A DNA stretch of 63,988 bases, counting the filler, from Octopus bimaculoides (lineage: Eukaryota), in NCBI RefSeq assembly GCF_001194135.2. It is 6 parts of 4 records of this genome, joined end to end, with 100 filler letters (N's around TTAATTAATTAA, not from the genome) between each part and the next. Parts side by side here need not be neighbours in the genome. Positions count along the whole stretch, not along the records: positions 1 to 16,494 come from NC_068982.1; positions 16,595 to 25,389 come from NC_068989.1; 4 more parts are not named here. One strand, written 5' to 3'. The position numbers and the translations under genes were made by a program. The notes under the pieces were generated by a model. That model did not search any database. It had not been told where the DNA came from and saw only the letters and a program-made list of their open reading frames with translations. Positions within the stretch are counted from its first letter, which is position 1. Each line of letters starts with the position of its first letter. Positions 12,063 through 23,735 of this stretch are shown here, in pieces.

Positions 12063-12104
12063 AATAATAACAACAACAACAGCAGTAGCAGCAGAAGCAG
12101 CAAC

Positions 12105-12159
<55 letters not shown>

Positions 12160-12191
12160 ATAATAATGATAATAATAATAATAATAATAAT
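12063..12191. repeat. Compound (AAT)(AAC)(AGC)(AGT)(AAT) microsatellite
   Basis: Seen directly. Confidence 0.95.
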
Positions 12192-12771
12192 AAATGCCTG
12201 GGTGCAGTACTAGGTAGTGGCTCTCATGACTTCTGATCTGAATTGATTGGAAGTAGTATCATGTACATTGTTTTGTTTTGGTATAAAAGATGGGCTACAG
12301 CAAATATTCTGCTTAATACTACAGATTTGCTTGTCAGTTGTTTGACCTTAACCAGTTGACCATGTCCCTTGGCGGCTGACAATATGTGAATCTCTGATCA
12401 CGAGCAGAAGTAGTGGGGGGAGCATCATAGCCATGTGTTGAGAGGAATTCTTTGGGGTTTGAATAATTCACCTTTGGAAACATAGGTGTTTTGCTCAACA
12501 TCCTTAAACAAACCTTATTCAGGGACGTTTTGAGCGGGATGGGCTACCCGATCTGAAGAAAATTCTAACTGGTTCCCACCTGCGAGGTCATGCGTTGTTT
12601 ATCTTGATATGAGATTACCATGTCACGCACATATGGTTGCGATGCATGTGCCTGGTGTACCCTTATCAGACGGGTAGTCATGATGGGTCTATTGGGCTTC
12701 GTATATTTTACCCCAGTGTCACTTTGATGGCATGCACTGCTCTCTCACTCAATAATAATAATAATAATAAT
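12192..12771 (+). mobile_element. Family D repeat (~560 bp) with (AAT)n tail
   Basis: Second copy of 4149-4682; preceded and followed by (AAT)n. Confidence 0.85.
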
Positions 12772-12930
12772 GATGGATTCAAATTTTGGAACAAGACCCG
12801 TTGTTTTATGGAGAGGATGTAAGTTAATGGCATCGACCCATCACTTGGCGTGTACTTTGGTTTATTGAATGCAAAAGGGTGACAGGCGAAATTGACCTTG
12901 ATGGGAATTGAACTCAGAACGCAAAGGATA
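12772..12930 (-). mobile_element. SINE family A, old degraded copy
   Basis: ttcaaattttgg...gggaattgaactcagaacg. Confidence 0.65.
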
Positions 12931-12956
12931 ATTTCAACGATAGCCTTTTTTTCATG

Positions 12957-13240
12957 CAGGAGAGAAAGGGAGCGAAATATTTGGAGTTAGTGGAGGAATG
13001 TTGCAGAAACAAGTGGAGCACTAGGTGCATGCGAGTGTAGGTGGACTGTCGAGATACTTACCAGGTCATTCTCTTAGCAAGGTCTATGGTTTGCTGAGCG
13101 TTAGAAAAATGAACAAATGAAAAATCAGCAATAATATCACTGAGATAGAGACCGGTGTGGATAGTAGAATGAGACATAGATACAGGCTGAGACAGGAGCA
13201 TCCTCGATCTGTTTGCCTGGATAACAGAATATATTGTGTA
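12957..13240 (+). pseudogene. HERO-type RLE non-LTR retrotransposon, 3' fragment
   Basis: ERKGAKYLELVEECCRNKWSTRCMRV*VDCR / GHSLSKVYGLL / NNITE matches the HERO endonuclease C-terminus pattern ERKRAKY..LVEEC...W..RC.PVEVGCRG. Confidence 0.7.
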
Positions 13241-13600
13241 ATACCAATAAAACGAATGACGTATTCGAGTATTGCATGCGAACGTATGTATGCATAAACA
13301 TGTACATATAGCAACACGCACACACACGTATATACACAGCTAGTTGGCTGTGAATTCACGTCATTGATAAAACTCAACTACACTGAAATGCATCTGGTGT
13401 TCTCGTTAGCCGCTGTTGGTATAACTTTAGTCTACTTCCTATATATATTGCATTTTAAACACAGTACGTCGATAATAAATGTTATCTTTGGTAGAATAAC
13501 ACATTAACTTGCTTTTCAATGATGCCTTTACATTAATTACAATACATAGATAGCTCTGTCTTCTCCCTCTCTCTCTCTCAATATATATATGTTTATGTAT

Positions 13601-13675
<75 letters not shown>

Positions 13676-14874
13676 NNNNNNNNNNNNNNNNNNNNNNNNN
13701 NNNNNNNNNNNNNNNNNNNNNNNNNNNNNNNNNNNNNNNNNNNNNNNNNNNNNNNNNNNNNNNNNNNNNNNNNNNNNNNNNNNNNNNNNNNNNNNNNNNN
13801 NNNNNNNNNNNNNNNNNNNNNNNNNNNNNNNNNNNNNNNNNNNNNNNNNNNNNNNNNNNNNNNNNNNNNNNNNNNNNNNNNNNNNNNNNNNNNNNNNNNN
13901 NNNNNNNNNNNNNNNNNNNNNNNNNNNNNNNNNNNNNNNNNNNNNNNNNNNNNNNNNNNNNNNNNNNNNNNNNNNNNNNNNNNNNNNNNNNNNNNNNNNN
14001 NNNNNNNNNNNNNNNNNNNNNNNNNNNNNNNNNNNNNNNNNNNNNNNNNNNNNNNNNNNNNNNNNNNNNNNNNNNNNNNNNNNNNNNNNNNNNNNNNNNN
14101 NNNNNNNNNNNNNNNNNNNNNNNNNNNNNNNNNNNNNNNNNNNNNNNNNNNNNNNNNNNNNNNNNNNNNNNNNNNNNNNNNNNNNNNNNNNNNNNNNNNN
14201 NNNNNNNNNNNNNNNNNNNNNNNNNNNNNNNNNNNNNNNNNNNNNNNNNNNNNNNNNNNNNNNNNNNNNNNNNNNNNNNNNNNNNNNNNNNNNNNNNNNN
14301 NNNNNNNNNNNNNNNNNNNNNNNNNNNNNNNNNNNNNNNNNNNNNNNNNNNNNNNNNNNNNNNNNNNNNNNNNNNNNNNNNNNNNNNNNNNNNNNNNNNN
14401 NNNNNNNNNNNNNNNNNNNNNNNNNNNNNNNNNNNNNNNNNNNNNNNNNNNNNNNNNNNNNNNNNNNNNNNNNNNNNNNNNNNNNNNNNNNNNNNNNNNN
14501 NNNNNNNNNNNNNNNNNNNNNNNNNNNNNNNNNNNNNNNNNNNNNNNNNNNNATATACATATATATATACACACATATATATATACGCACGCATACACAG
14601 ACACACATACATACATACATACACGCATAACAGTCCGTCATCAATGTATGTATGTATATCTCTCTTCATCCCCCTCACCCTCTTTCACTCACTCACATGC
14701 ATATTGTGTCATACACACAAACGTTTATATGAAATGAATACCAAAGACGTCTTCTTTGAAGATCGGTTAACAGACCGTGAGACGGTCTCTCACGAAACTC
14801 TCCCGATACTTTTCCTTACAGAAGTACTACAGAAAGAAAGTATTTGCATTCTTATTCAACTCACAGTTGAGATA

Positions 14875-15246
14875 TATTCTTTTATTCTTTTATTCTTTTA
14901 CTGGTTTCAGTCATTTGATTACGGCCGTGCTGGAGCACCACCTTTGGTCGAACGAATCAACCCCAAGATTTATTCTTTGCAAGCCTGGTGCTTATTCTGT
15001 CGGTATCTCTTGCCGAACCGCTAGTTACGGGGACGTGAACACACCAGCATCAGTTGTTAAGCGATGGTAGGAGGACAAACACAGACACAGAAACATGCTT
15101 CTTTCAGTTTCAGTCTACCAAATCCCCTCACAAGGTTTTGGTCGGCCCGAGGCTTTAGTAGCAGACACTTGCCCAAGGTGCCACACAATGGGACTGAACC
15201 CGGAACCATGTTGTTGGGAAGCAAGTTTCTTACCACACAGCGACTT
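14875..15246 (-). mobile_element. SINE family B
   Basis: Reverse complement of the family B consensus with an (AAAAGAAT)n-like tail. Confidence 0.9.
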
Positions 15247-15850
15247 CTGATAAACGTTGTATTGTATACACACACACACACACACACACGCACACACGCA
15301 CATACAATCATATACACACACGCGTGCACGCGCACGTACTCACATTTAAATTGATGGGTGTCTCATGAATGTAACATACACAAATGAAAATTCCGTGCCT
15401 GTTTCCCTCTTTATATGTACGTGTGTCTGTATGTGCGCATGCATTCGCTCGCTTCTCAGTATGCGTGCATATTCGATCGTATGTATATATGCCTATATTT
15501 CTGTGTAACAGGGAGGAAATATATTTACGCTCGAATTATTGGTAACTACTCAGCTAAGTCTTCAGATGCAAACAAGAGGCGCCATTTTAGTATATTTTCT
15601 CAGAACGTCGTCTCTTATTTTTATCCTTCTGTCCATCTCTCTCGCATTATTTCACCTCTTTCCATATTTCATTACGCATGCGAATGTTCGCATGCGCGCA
15701 TGCACGTACACACGAACAGACACACACACAGAGCATGTAGCCCTACATAAAACTGTTTTGCTTTAGGGCAACGTAGTTGCTATTTCTACTATGTCTAGCT
15801 ACCATGTAGATGTCCTCTCGTAAATTCTTAAGCATTCTCCAGGTCATATA

Positions 15851-16075
15851 TAGGTGCAGGTATGGTTCAGTGTTTTGCAACCACGTGGTTTCAGGTTCAG
15901 TCCCACTGCACGGCACATTGGACAGGCAATTGCTACAATGACCCGGACACACCAGTGCAGTGTGAGTGCATTTGTAGACGGAAACTGAGTAGAAGTCCAT
16001 CGTATACATATATACATGCATACATGTATGCACACACAGACACACACTAATACACACACACCCACACACACATGT
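15851..16075 (+). mobile_element. SINE family B, degraded
   Basis: caggttcagtcccactgcacggcac...tttgtagacggaaactgag. Confidence 0.7.
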
Positions 16076-16245
16076 CTTGACTGAAGAGTCCATTTAGATA
16101 TACATCTACATGTATATATAGATGCATATCCGGTCACAGGACGTCAAAAAGACGGACAAAAAAAGGAACGGGAATATAAACAAAGCACAAAAAACGGATT
16201 TTGTTTTACGAGACAACAGAATGAACACATAGGAAAACAGACAAA

Positions 16246-16280
<35 letters not shown>

Positions 16281-16594
16281 CAATGTTAATTCTCTAAATG
16301 AAGTATTAACAGTAACTGCACGATAAAGTGTAGTATATTGCCACTTAAGTGTGGCTGACCCCTAGGGGTGGATGTTACTGTTGCTTTTAGCCCCAGGAGG
16401 ACATCTCCTCCAGCTGGCTTATCGACACACGACTGTGTCCTGTTTGCCAAGGGAGTTATCCCTCTCACCACGACCAGCAGCACGAACGTATCCGNNNNNN
16501 NNNNNNNNNNNNNNNNNNNNNNNNNNNNNNNNNNNNNNTTAATTAATTAANNNNNNNNNNNNNNNNNNNNNNNNNNNNNNNNNNNNNNNNNNNN

Positions 16595-18165
16595 GCACAT
16601 CTTCTCTATCAGCCCCGCCTCTATCTGCATCTACAGTTAGCGACGAAGGTGAGCTCCTTTTACTCAACATTCTTTCCCTCTCTCACGCACATCTTCTCTA
16701 TCAGCCCCGCCTCTCTCTGCATCTCCAGTTAGCGACGAAGGTGAGCTCCTTTCACTCCACATTCTTTCTCTCTCTCATGCACATCTTCTCTATCAGCACC
16801 GCCTCTCTCTGCATCTACAGTTAGCGTCGAAGTTGAGCTCCTTTTGCTTAACATTCTTCCTCTCTCTCATGCACATCTTCTCACTCAGCCCTGCCTCTAT
16901 CTTCATCTATAGTTAGCGACGAAGGTGAGCTCCTTTTACTCCATATTCTTTCTCTCTCTGACGCACATCTTCTCTATCAGCCCCGCCTCCATCTGCATCT
17001 ACAGTTAGCGACGAAAGTGAGCTCCTTTTACTCAACATTCTTCCTCTCTCTCACGCACATCTTCTCTATCAGCTCCGCCTCTATCTGCATCTACAGTTAG
17101 TGACCAACGTGAGCTCCTTTCACTCCACATTCTTCCTCTCTCTCACGCACATCTACTCTATCAGCCCCGCCNNNNNNNNNNNNNNNNNNNNNNNNNNNNN
17201 NNNNNNNNNNNNNNNNNNNNNNNNNNNNNNNNNNNNNNNNNNNNNNNNNNNNNNNNNNNNNNNNNNNNNNNNNNNNNNNNNNNNNNNNNNNNNNNNNNNN
17301 NNNNNNNNNNNNNNNNNNNNNNNNNNNNNNNNNNNNNNNNNNNNNNNNNNNNNNNNNNNNNNNNNNNNNNNNNNNNNNNNNNNNNNNNNNNNNNNNNNNN
17401 NNNNNNNNNNNNNNNNNNNNNNNNNNNNNNNNNNNNNNNNNNNNNNNNNNNNNNNNNNNNNNNNNNNNNNNNNNNNNNNNNNNNNNNNNNNNNNNNNNNN
17501 NNNNNNNNNNNNNNNNNNNNNNNNNNNNNNNNNNNNNNNNNNNNNNNNNNNNNNNNNNNNNNNNNNNNNNNNNNNNNNNNNNNNNNNNNNNNNNNNNNNN
17601 NNNNNNNNNNNNNNNNNNNNNNNNNNNNNNNNNNNNNNNNNNNNNNNNNNNNNNNNNNNNNNNNNNNNNNNNNNNNNNNNNNGCACATCTTCTCTATCAG
17701 CCCCGCCTCTATCTGCATCTACAGTTAGCGACGAAGGTGAGCTCCTTTTACTCAACATTCTTCCTCTCTCTCACGCACATCTTCTCTATCAGCCCCGCCT
17801 TTATCTGCATCTACAGTTAGTGACGAAGGTGAGCTCCTGTCACTCCACATTCTTCCTCTCTCTCACGCACATCTTCTCTATCAGCCCCGCCTCTATCTGC
17901 ATCTACAGTTAGCGACGAAGGTGAGCTCCTTTTACACAACATTCTTTCTCTCTCTCAAGCACAACTTCTCTATCAGCCCTGCCTCTATCTGCATCTACAT
18001 TTAGCGACGAAGGTGAGCTCCTTTCACTCCACATTCTTCCTCTCTTTCACGCACAATTTCTGGATCAACCCCGCCTCTATCTGCATCTACAGTTAGCGAT
18101 GATGGTGAGATCCTTTTACTCGACATTCTTTGTCTCTCTCACACACTTCCTCTCTATCAGTCCCT
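16595..18165 (+). repeat. 92-bp tandem array (at least 11 full units seen, internal gap)
   Basis: Unit starts at 16595, 16687, 16779, 16871, 16963, 17055, 17147, [gap], 17683, 17775, 17867, 17959, 18051; core gcatctacagttagcgacgaaggtgagctcc. Confidence 0.97.
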
Positions 18166-18984
18166 GTGTGGCTGATGATAATTATGAGTGGTGAGGATAG
18201 TAAACAGCATTGTGGCGTTGTGGCAGGTATAAGGAAGTTAGTTAATGAGGTGAAATGAGATATGTTCTTTAATGAAATCTCTTGTTTTTGTAATGAATTA
18301 TTGCATCTATTGTTTGAAATGGGAGATGTGTGATCTGTTTATGTTTATTTATGTATTATAAGAGATACTCGGTGTTTTAATCGGGGTTAAAATGGTGTAA
18401 TTTGTATATATATATGTACACACACCAACACACACAAACACCAACACACATGCCAGCACACACACACACACACATTATAGTTCTGTTTAAACATGTAATA
18501 TCGCGAAACACAGCAGTGCCTGCAAAAGAATTGTGGTGTAAATAATTGGCGATTTCAACTAAGCAATATGTCTTGTGTCTGTTTAGAGGATTCAAAGGTG
18601 TAATCTGTGATAAAAACCGGGCGGGGGGAGATGTGATTTTTGAACGCACTGGAAAGCCGTGAGACAGTTTAGTTAACTTTGCCGCAGTCTGAGCTGTGTC
18701 TAACAAGACCCATGAATGTAGGTGTAATGGAGATATTGTACGTAAATGGATACATTCTGGGAAGCAGCTGCAATGGGAGGTGGCAGTGGGGAAGTGATCA
18801 GTTGAAATGTTGCAGAAGGCAAAGGGTTGATACTGGGTTGCTGATGTGGTTGTAGATTAAGAAACATAAAACTGAGCCTATGCAGTCACATGGGAACATG
18901 CAGTAATGAATTCCATGTAAAAATAAGGTGTAATGGCTTTCTGCATGGATGGTGGGAGTTATTGGAGAATACACTTTAATACTG

Positions 18985-19095
18985 AAGTCCATGCAGGAAA
19001 CTGCTCTGTTGATGCAGTCTTCGAGTTTGTTGGTATCATGTCGAAATTGTATCCATCTTTACCTTTCACAAAGAGTAGTGGATACTGTCAGATGT
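18985..19095 (-). pseudogene. Helitron Rep-region fragment
   Basis: QYPLLFVKGKDGYNFDM...(frameshift)...AVSCMDF resembles the conserved QYPLLFW.GEDGY...VS.MDFY segment. Confidence 0.65.
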
Positions 19096-19103
19096 AGTAA
19101 TTC

Positions 19104-19630
19104 CTACAAAACCTCTTGGTAAACAATATTCTTTGTTTTCCCTTGTGGAACAAATGCAAATAGATTGTTTTTGCTTTCCACTCTAGAGCAGTCAACACAT
19201 AATTGCTCGGGTGAGAAGTACAACTCTTCCAAATGAAGTTCTACCACAGGCAGTGTTTGACCCTGGGGTTTATTGATAGACATTGCAAAGCTGATACGAA
19301 TAGGAAATTACACTCATCTGAATGAAAAAGGAATTTCTGCTCCCAATGGAATGAAAGGAATTCTGGGTATGGAAACATCTTCTCCTTTTTCACATCCAGA
19401 GAGAATGGTGACCTCAATAATATGAGCCATCATCTTCTTTACCACCAGGCATGTCCCATTGCAGAGTGTTGGTGGAGTTCCCACTTTAAGTTCCAATCTG
19501 GAAATTGTATCAACTGACTTATAGATGTGAGGACTTCCAGGAAGGCACTGAAGTAGCTGCTCATTAATTTTACTTATAGTGCTGTTTTTTTGAGCCAGTA
19601 TTTGAGCTAATTGAGATTGTGATAATTGTT
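19104..19630 (-). pseudogene. Helitron PIF1-type helicase, C-terminal fragment
   Basis: ILAQKN..KINEQLL..LCNGTCLVVKKMMAHIIEVTILSGCEKGEDVSIPRIPFIP / FPIRISFAMSINKPQGQTL..SRV..KTKNIVYQEVL*. Confidence 0.92.
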
Positions 19631-20060
19631 CAACCAACGGAGGATCTCCTCTTTGGAGACGTTATGTTAAGAAATGTGGTGTTATAAACTAAGATAATTG
19701 TATGTTAATAATGAAATGTCTATAAAAAAGGTAAATAATACGAATATCGTAGCAAATTTTAAGAAATACATACAATGAACTGAGATGACAGTTATGTTAA
19801 TAATTAAATGTCAATAAAAAACATTAATATCAATATTTTAAAAGATAAAAAAACATTCAGCGGATTAATCATATTGGTTGTAAGGGAGACAATCAATTTC
19901 TGAAAGTTACTTCGCAAAGAGTTACCTCTCTTCTCCATGTCACCCAGGTACATAAATAATGTATGTTACGAGTTTGGAGAAAATTAGTTGTGAACTTCAA
20001 AATTTATGCGAGTTTACACACACAGACACACACACGCTGACTTTTATATAGAGAGAGAGA
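19631..20060 (-). mobile_element. Probable Helitron 5' non-coding terminus
   Basis: The minus strand starts TCTCTCTCTCTATATAAAAGTCAGCGTGTGTGTGTCTGTG, the usual TC..TATATAAA..(GT)n pattern of animal Helitron 5' ends. Confidence 0.5.
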
Positions 20061-20490
20061 GGAGATAGTGTGGATGTAAGTGGTGAATGTGAAGCAGATG
20101 TGACAGCAAGAGCGAGATGGGAAAAGGTTTTTGAAGATGAAAGGAAGGGTTTATCGGAGTTGCATGAGATCGGCAATGCTGTATGGGAGTGGGACATGGT
20201 GTTTGAGAGAAAGCGAAATGGTAATTCTGAGAAGGACCGAGAGATCAGTGTTTGGTGTGAAACTATTGGATGAAAGGAGGGCTGAGGACTTGATGGGGAT
20301 GCTGGGGTTGGAGGAATTCTGTGGAGCAGCTGGCAAGGACGAATAGGGTGGTATGAACATGTGTTGAGGAGAGTGCTTGAGTTTAAAGTGAATGAACTGC
20401 GAAAGCGAGGTCAACCAAAGAAAACGTAGAGGGGACAGGTGGAGGAGTAGATTGGGAGGGTTGGCTTGAGGAGGGAAGATGGTTGTTTTG
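20061..20490 (+). pseudogene. RTE-clade LINE ORF, C-terminal fragment
   Basis: GDSVDVSGECEADVTAR / KGRVYRSCMRSAMLYGSGTWCL / WYEHVLRR..RKRGQPKKT. Confidence 0.85.
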
Positions 20491-20577
20491 TAGTAAATCA
20501 TCACATTTATTCTTTGAAATGGTAGATTTATTATCTTTTTTTAATTTTTATATTCTGTTTTATTTTTTGTCTAGTTT

Positions 20578-20768
20578 CGCATTTAGAGTCGACATTGAGC
20601 TACTTTCCCTCTTCTTCTCTCTCTCACTTTTTCTCCGTCAGCCTCTCGTCTATTTGCATCTACAATTAGCGACAAGGGTGAGCTCCTTTCCCTCCTCTCT
20701 CTCTCCCTCCATCTCTCTCTTTCTCTCTCCTCTGTCTGCATCTACAGTTAGCGACGAGGGTGAGCTCC

Positions 20769-20806
<38 letters not shown>

Positions 20807-21140
20807 CTTCTCTATCAGCCTCGCCGCTATCTGCATCTACAGTTAGCGACGAGGGTAAGCTATTTCCTCTCCTGTCTCTCTTGCTCTCAGTCTCCTTCTC
20901 TATCAGTCTCGCCTCTCACTCCGCATTTACAGTTATCGACGAGGATTCCTTTCTCACTCCGCATTTACAGTTATCGACGAGGATCCTTTCTCTGTCAGCC
21001 TCGCCTCTCTCCGCATTTACAGTTAGCGACGAGGATTCCTTTCTCTCTCCGCATTTACAGTTATCGACGAGGATTCCTTTCTCTCTCCTTTCTCTGTCAG
21101 CCTCGCCTCTCTCCGCATTTACAGTTAGCGACGAGGATTC
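20578..21140 (+). repeat. Second tandem array related to the 92-bp array (spacings 82, 95, 90, 38, 52, 38, 64)
   Basis: Shared core gcat(c/t)tacagtta(g/t)cgacgag at 20656, 20738, 20833, 20923, 20961, 21013, 21051, 21115; runs into a gap. Confidence 0.9.
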
Positions 21141-22089
21141 NNNNNNNNNNNNNNNNNNNNNNNNNNNNNNNNNNNNNNNNNNNNNNNNNNNNNNNNNNNN
21201 NNNNNNNNNNNNNNNNNNNNNNNNNNNNNNNNNNNNNNNNNNNNNNNNNNNNNNNNNNNNNNNNNNNNNNNNNNNNNNNNNNNNNNNNNNNNNNNNNNNN
21301 NNNNNNNNNNNNNNNNNNNNNNNNNNNNNNNNNNNNNNNNNNNNNNNNNNNNNNNNNNNNNNNNNNNNNNNNNNNNNNNNNNNNNNNNNNNNNNNNNNNN
21401 NNNNNNNNNNNNNNNNNNNNNNNNNNNNNNNNNNNNNNNNNNNNNNNNNNNNNNNNNNNNNNNNNNNNNNNNNNNNNNNNNNNNNNNNNNNNNNNNNNNN
21501 NNNNNNNNNNNNNNNNNNNNNNNNNNNNNNNNNNNNNNNNNNNNNNNNNNNNNNNNNNNNNNNNNNNNNNNNNNNNNNNNNNNNNNNNNNNNNNNNNNNN
21601 NNNNNNNNNNNNNNNNNNNNNNNNNNNNNNNNNNNNNNNNNNNNNNNNNNNNNNNNNNNNNNNNNNNNNNNNNNNNNNNNNNNNNNNNNNNNNNNNNNNN
21701 NNNNNNNNNNNNNNNNNNNNNNNNNNNNNNNNNNNNNNNNNNNNNNNNNNNNNNNNNNNNNNNNNNNNNNNNNNNNNNNNNNNNNNNNNNNNNNNNNNNN
21801 NNNNNNNNNNNNNNNNNNNNNNNNNNNNGAATAATACTAATAATCTCAGAGGGTAATACTTGGGAATGTAGACTGAAATCGTAATGACGGTTCTGTAGGG
21901 ACCTCGCGTGGTCATGCCTGATTGGGATTCGAGATCGAATCTAAGAATTCTCGCTCGCCAAATCCACCCGCTATTTGCTGACCAAACGAGAAAATCTTTG
22001 TCCTGTCAAAAGGAACATTGATTGATGTGTTTCCATTTGACCCGCGACCTTGCTGTGTCAGGGAAAGTTCAAATGGACTGCAGGTGATA

Positions 22090-22700
22090 TCTTTATTATA
22101 GGCACGAAGGCCTCATTACAAAGAAGGGGGACATTACAAGGACAGACAACACAAAACGTGGGGTACATAAAGCGAATGATGAAATGAAATGAGTAACTTA
22201 CAATATGATGATGAAATGGCTTACGAGTCCCCCAAAGCTCGCAGTTTCATTTACCAGTTTTCTTATACAGTTCTTATTCATTTTTTTTTTCCTTTTATGG
22301 TTCATTTATGATTATATATGGCCTCAACTCCTCCACCGTTACGACGCTTGGCAAAATGTTGTAGCCCGCATATAATCCACTTCGTTGAAAATTAATGTGT
22401 ATAGGCTATTCTTATAATGGTATATCCATTTTCCTAGCTGGAATGGGCCATTATAAATACCAGCGCTCCGCAAGCAGAAAGTTAGTTGTGAGAGCAACCA
22501 ACAGAGAGCAGGCCGACCGGTTCGAAATCCCGTCTCAACCAAACGTCATAGAGGGACAGCTATGGAGTTCACCAACAATACAGTTGTCCTGTCCATCTAT
22601 CTCTTATTTTCTCACTCGCTCACTTTCGACAACATCGCTTGATCTATTTAGTTACGGCTACTAGAACGACAGGGAATAAGGCTAACGGTATTTACCCTTT
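22090..22700 (-). mobile_element. Probable LINE 3' end (L1/Tx1-like?)
   Basis: The minus strand ends gtctgtccttgtaatgtcccccttc...aataaagat, shared with SINE A tail type 3. Coding similarity upstream is only faint. Confidence 0.35.
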
Positions 22701-23506
22701 TACAAGAAAATATAACCTTCGTTTCCTAGTGTTCTTTCCCACTGTTTTCAGACACGCCTAGCCGTCGTGGTTTGGCTTTAATTATCTGTAATGGAGAAAT
22801 AGATATGCTATCTACAACTTCGGCCACTGTCTTTCTTTCCTGGAGTCATTTTCATCTGCCACACTCAGTTACAATTTCTTCCGATAGAACTTTACGGAAG
22901 TGGAGCCTGAGGTCTTTAGTCCCTCGATCCCATAAGGAGTATTGAGTGAAGAAAATAGATGGATTGACGATTTGCGGCAATACTTGTAGTTCTCAAGTGT
23001 ATTAGACATAAATATACGACAATTGAAATGATCAAGGAAAGATTTCTGTTACTTAACAAGGGACTATATCTAGTCTTACCTTTCAGGTAAGACTTAATTT
23101 ATGTATATCAGAATCCAGTATATTACAAAGACGTAATTCAATAAACTTTGTAGAAATGGAAGCACAAATCGATACAGGCTGCTTTTGAACGGATTTAGCG
23201 AAGGTAACGATCGAACCATTTTCCTTGTCTGTGACATCTCCTCATTGAATTTACTATCCAAATGCAAAGGAGATTTTTTCCGTAAGAGATTCGAATGTAG
23301 ATGAAGCACCCCTTTAATATTCCACGTGAGGTTTCCCGTGGTTATATGTATTGAGAGACGGTGATGGATGGAAAGCCTAACTGTTTGGAGGGTGAGGTGT
23401 GGGTACTGTTGAGTATATTGACCCCAGTTCATGACTGGTATTATACTATATTTTGTCGCCCTTCAAATGATGAAAGGTAAATCAGACCTTTGTAACTTCG
23501 TTTCTT

Positions 23507-23735
23507 ATTTCTTTATTGCCCACAAGGGGCTAAATATAGAAGGGACAAACAAGGACAGACAAAGGGATTAAGTCGATTACATCGACCTCAGTGCGTAACT
23601 GGTACTTAATTTATCGACCCCGAAAGGATGAAAGGTAAAGTGGACCTCGGCGGAATTTGAACTCAGAACGTAACGGCAGACGATACCGCTAAGCATTTCG
23701 CCCTGCATGCTAACGTTTCTGCCAGCTCGCCGCCT
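23507..23735 (-). mobile_element. SINE family A (tail type 3), 14-bp TSD, nested in an older copy
   Basis: TSD taacttcgtttctt at 23493-23506 and 23736-23749; an older family A fragment lies at 23400-23492. Confidence 0.92.

Noticed and set aside
13439-14737. Long ORFs of 300-500 aa here and at 20483, 33586 and 40883
   Set aside because: They run through N-gaps and microsatellites, so the length is artefactual.
16539-16550. TTAATTAATTAA islands inside N-runs (also 25435, 40053, 60425, 62883)
   Set aside because: Identical 12-mer centred in ~100-bp gaps, with stops in all frames: a scaffolding spacer, not biology.
16595-18165. CRISPR-like or coding interpretation of the 92-bp array
   Set aside because: No unique spacers, no cas genes, eukaryotic context; 92 is not a multiple of 3.
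23072-23094. 9-bp hairpin giving GTAAGA donor-like sites on both strands
   Set aside because: Short enough to be chance; neither adjacent frame gives a recognisable exon.
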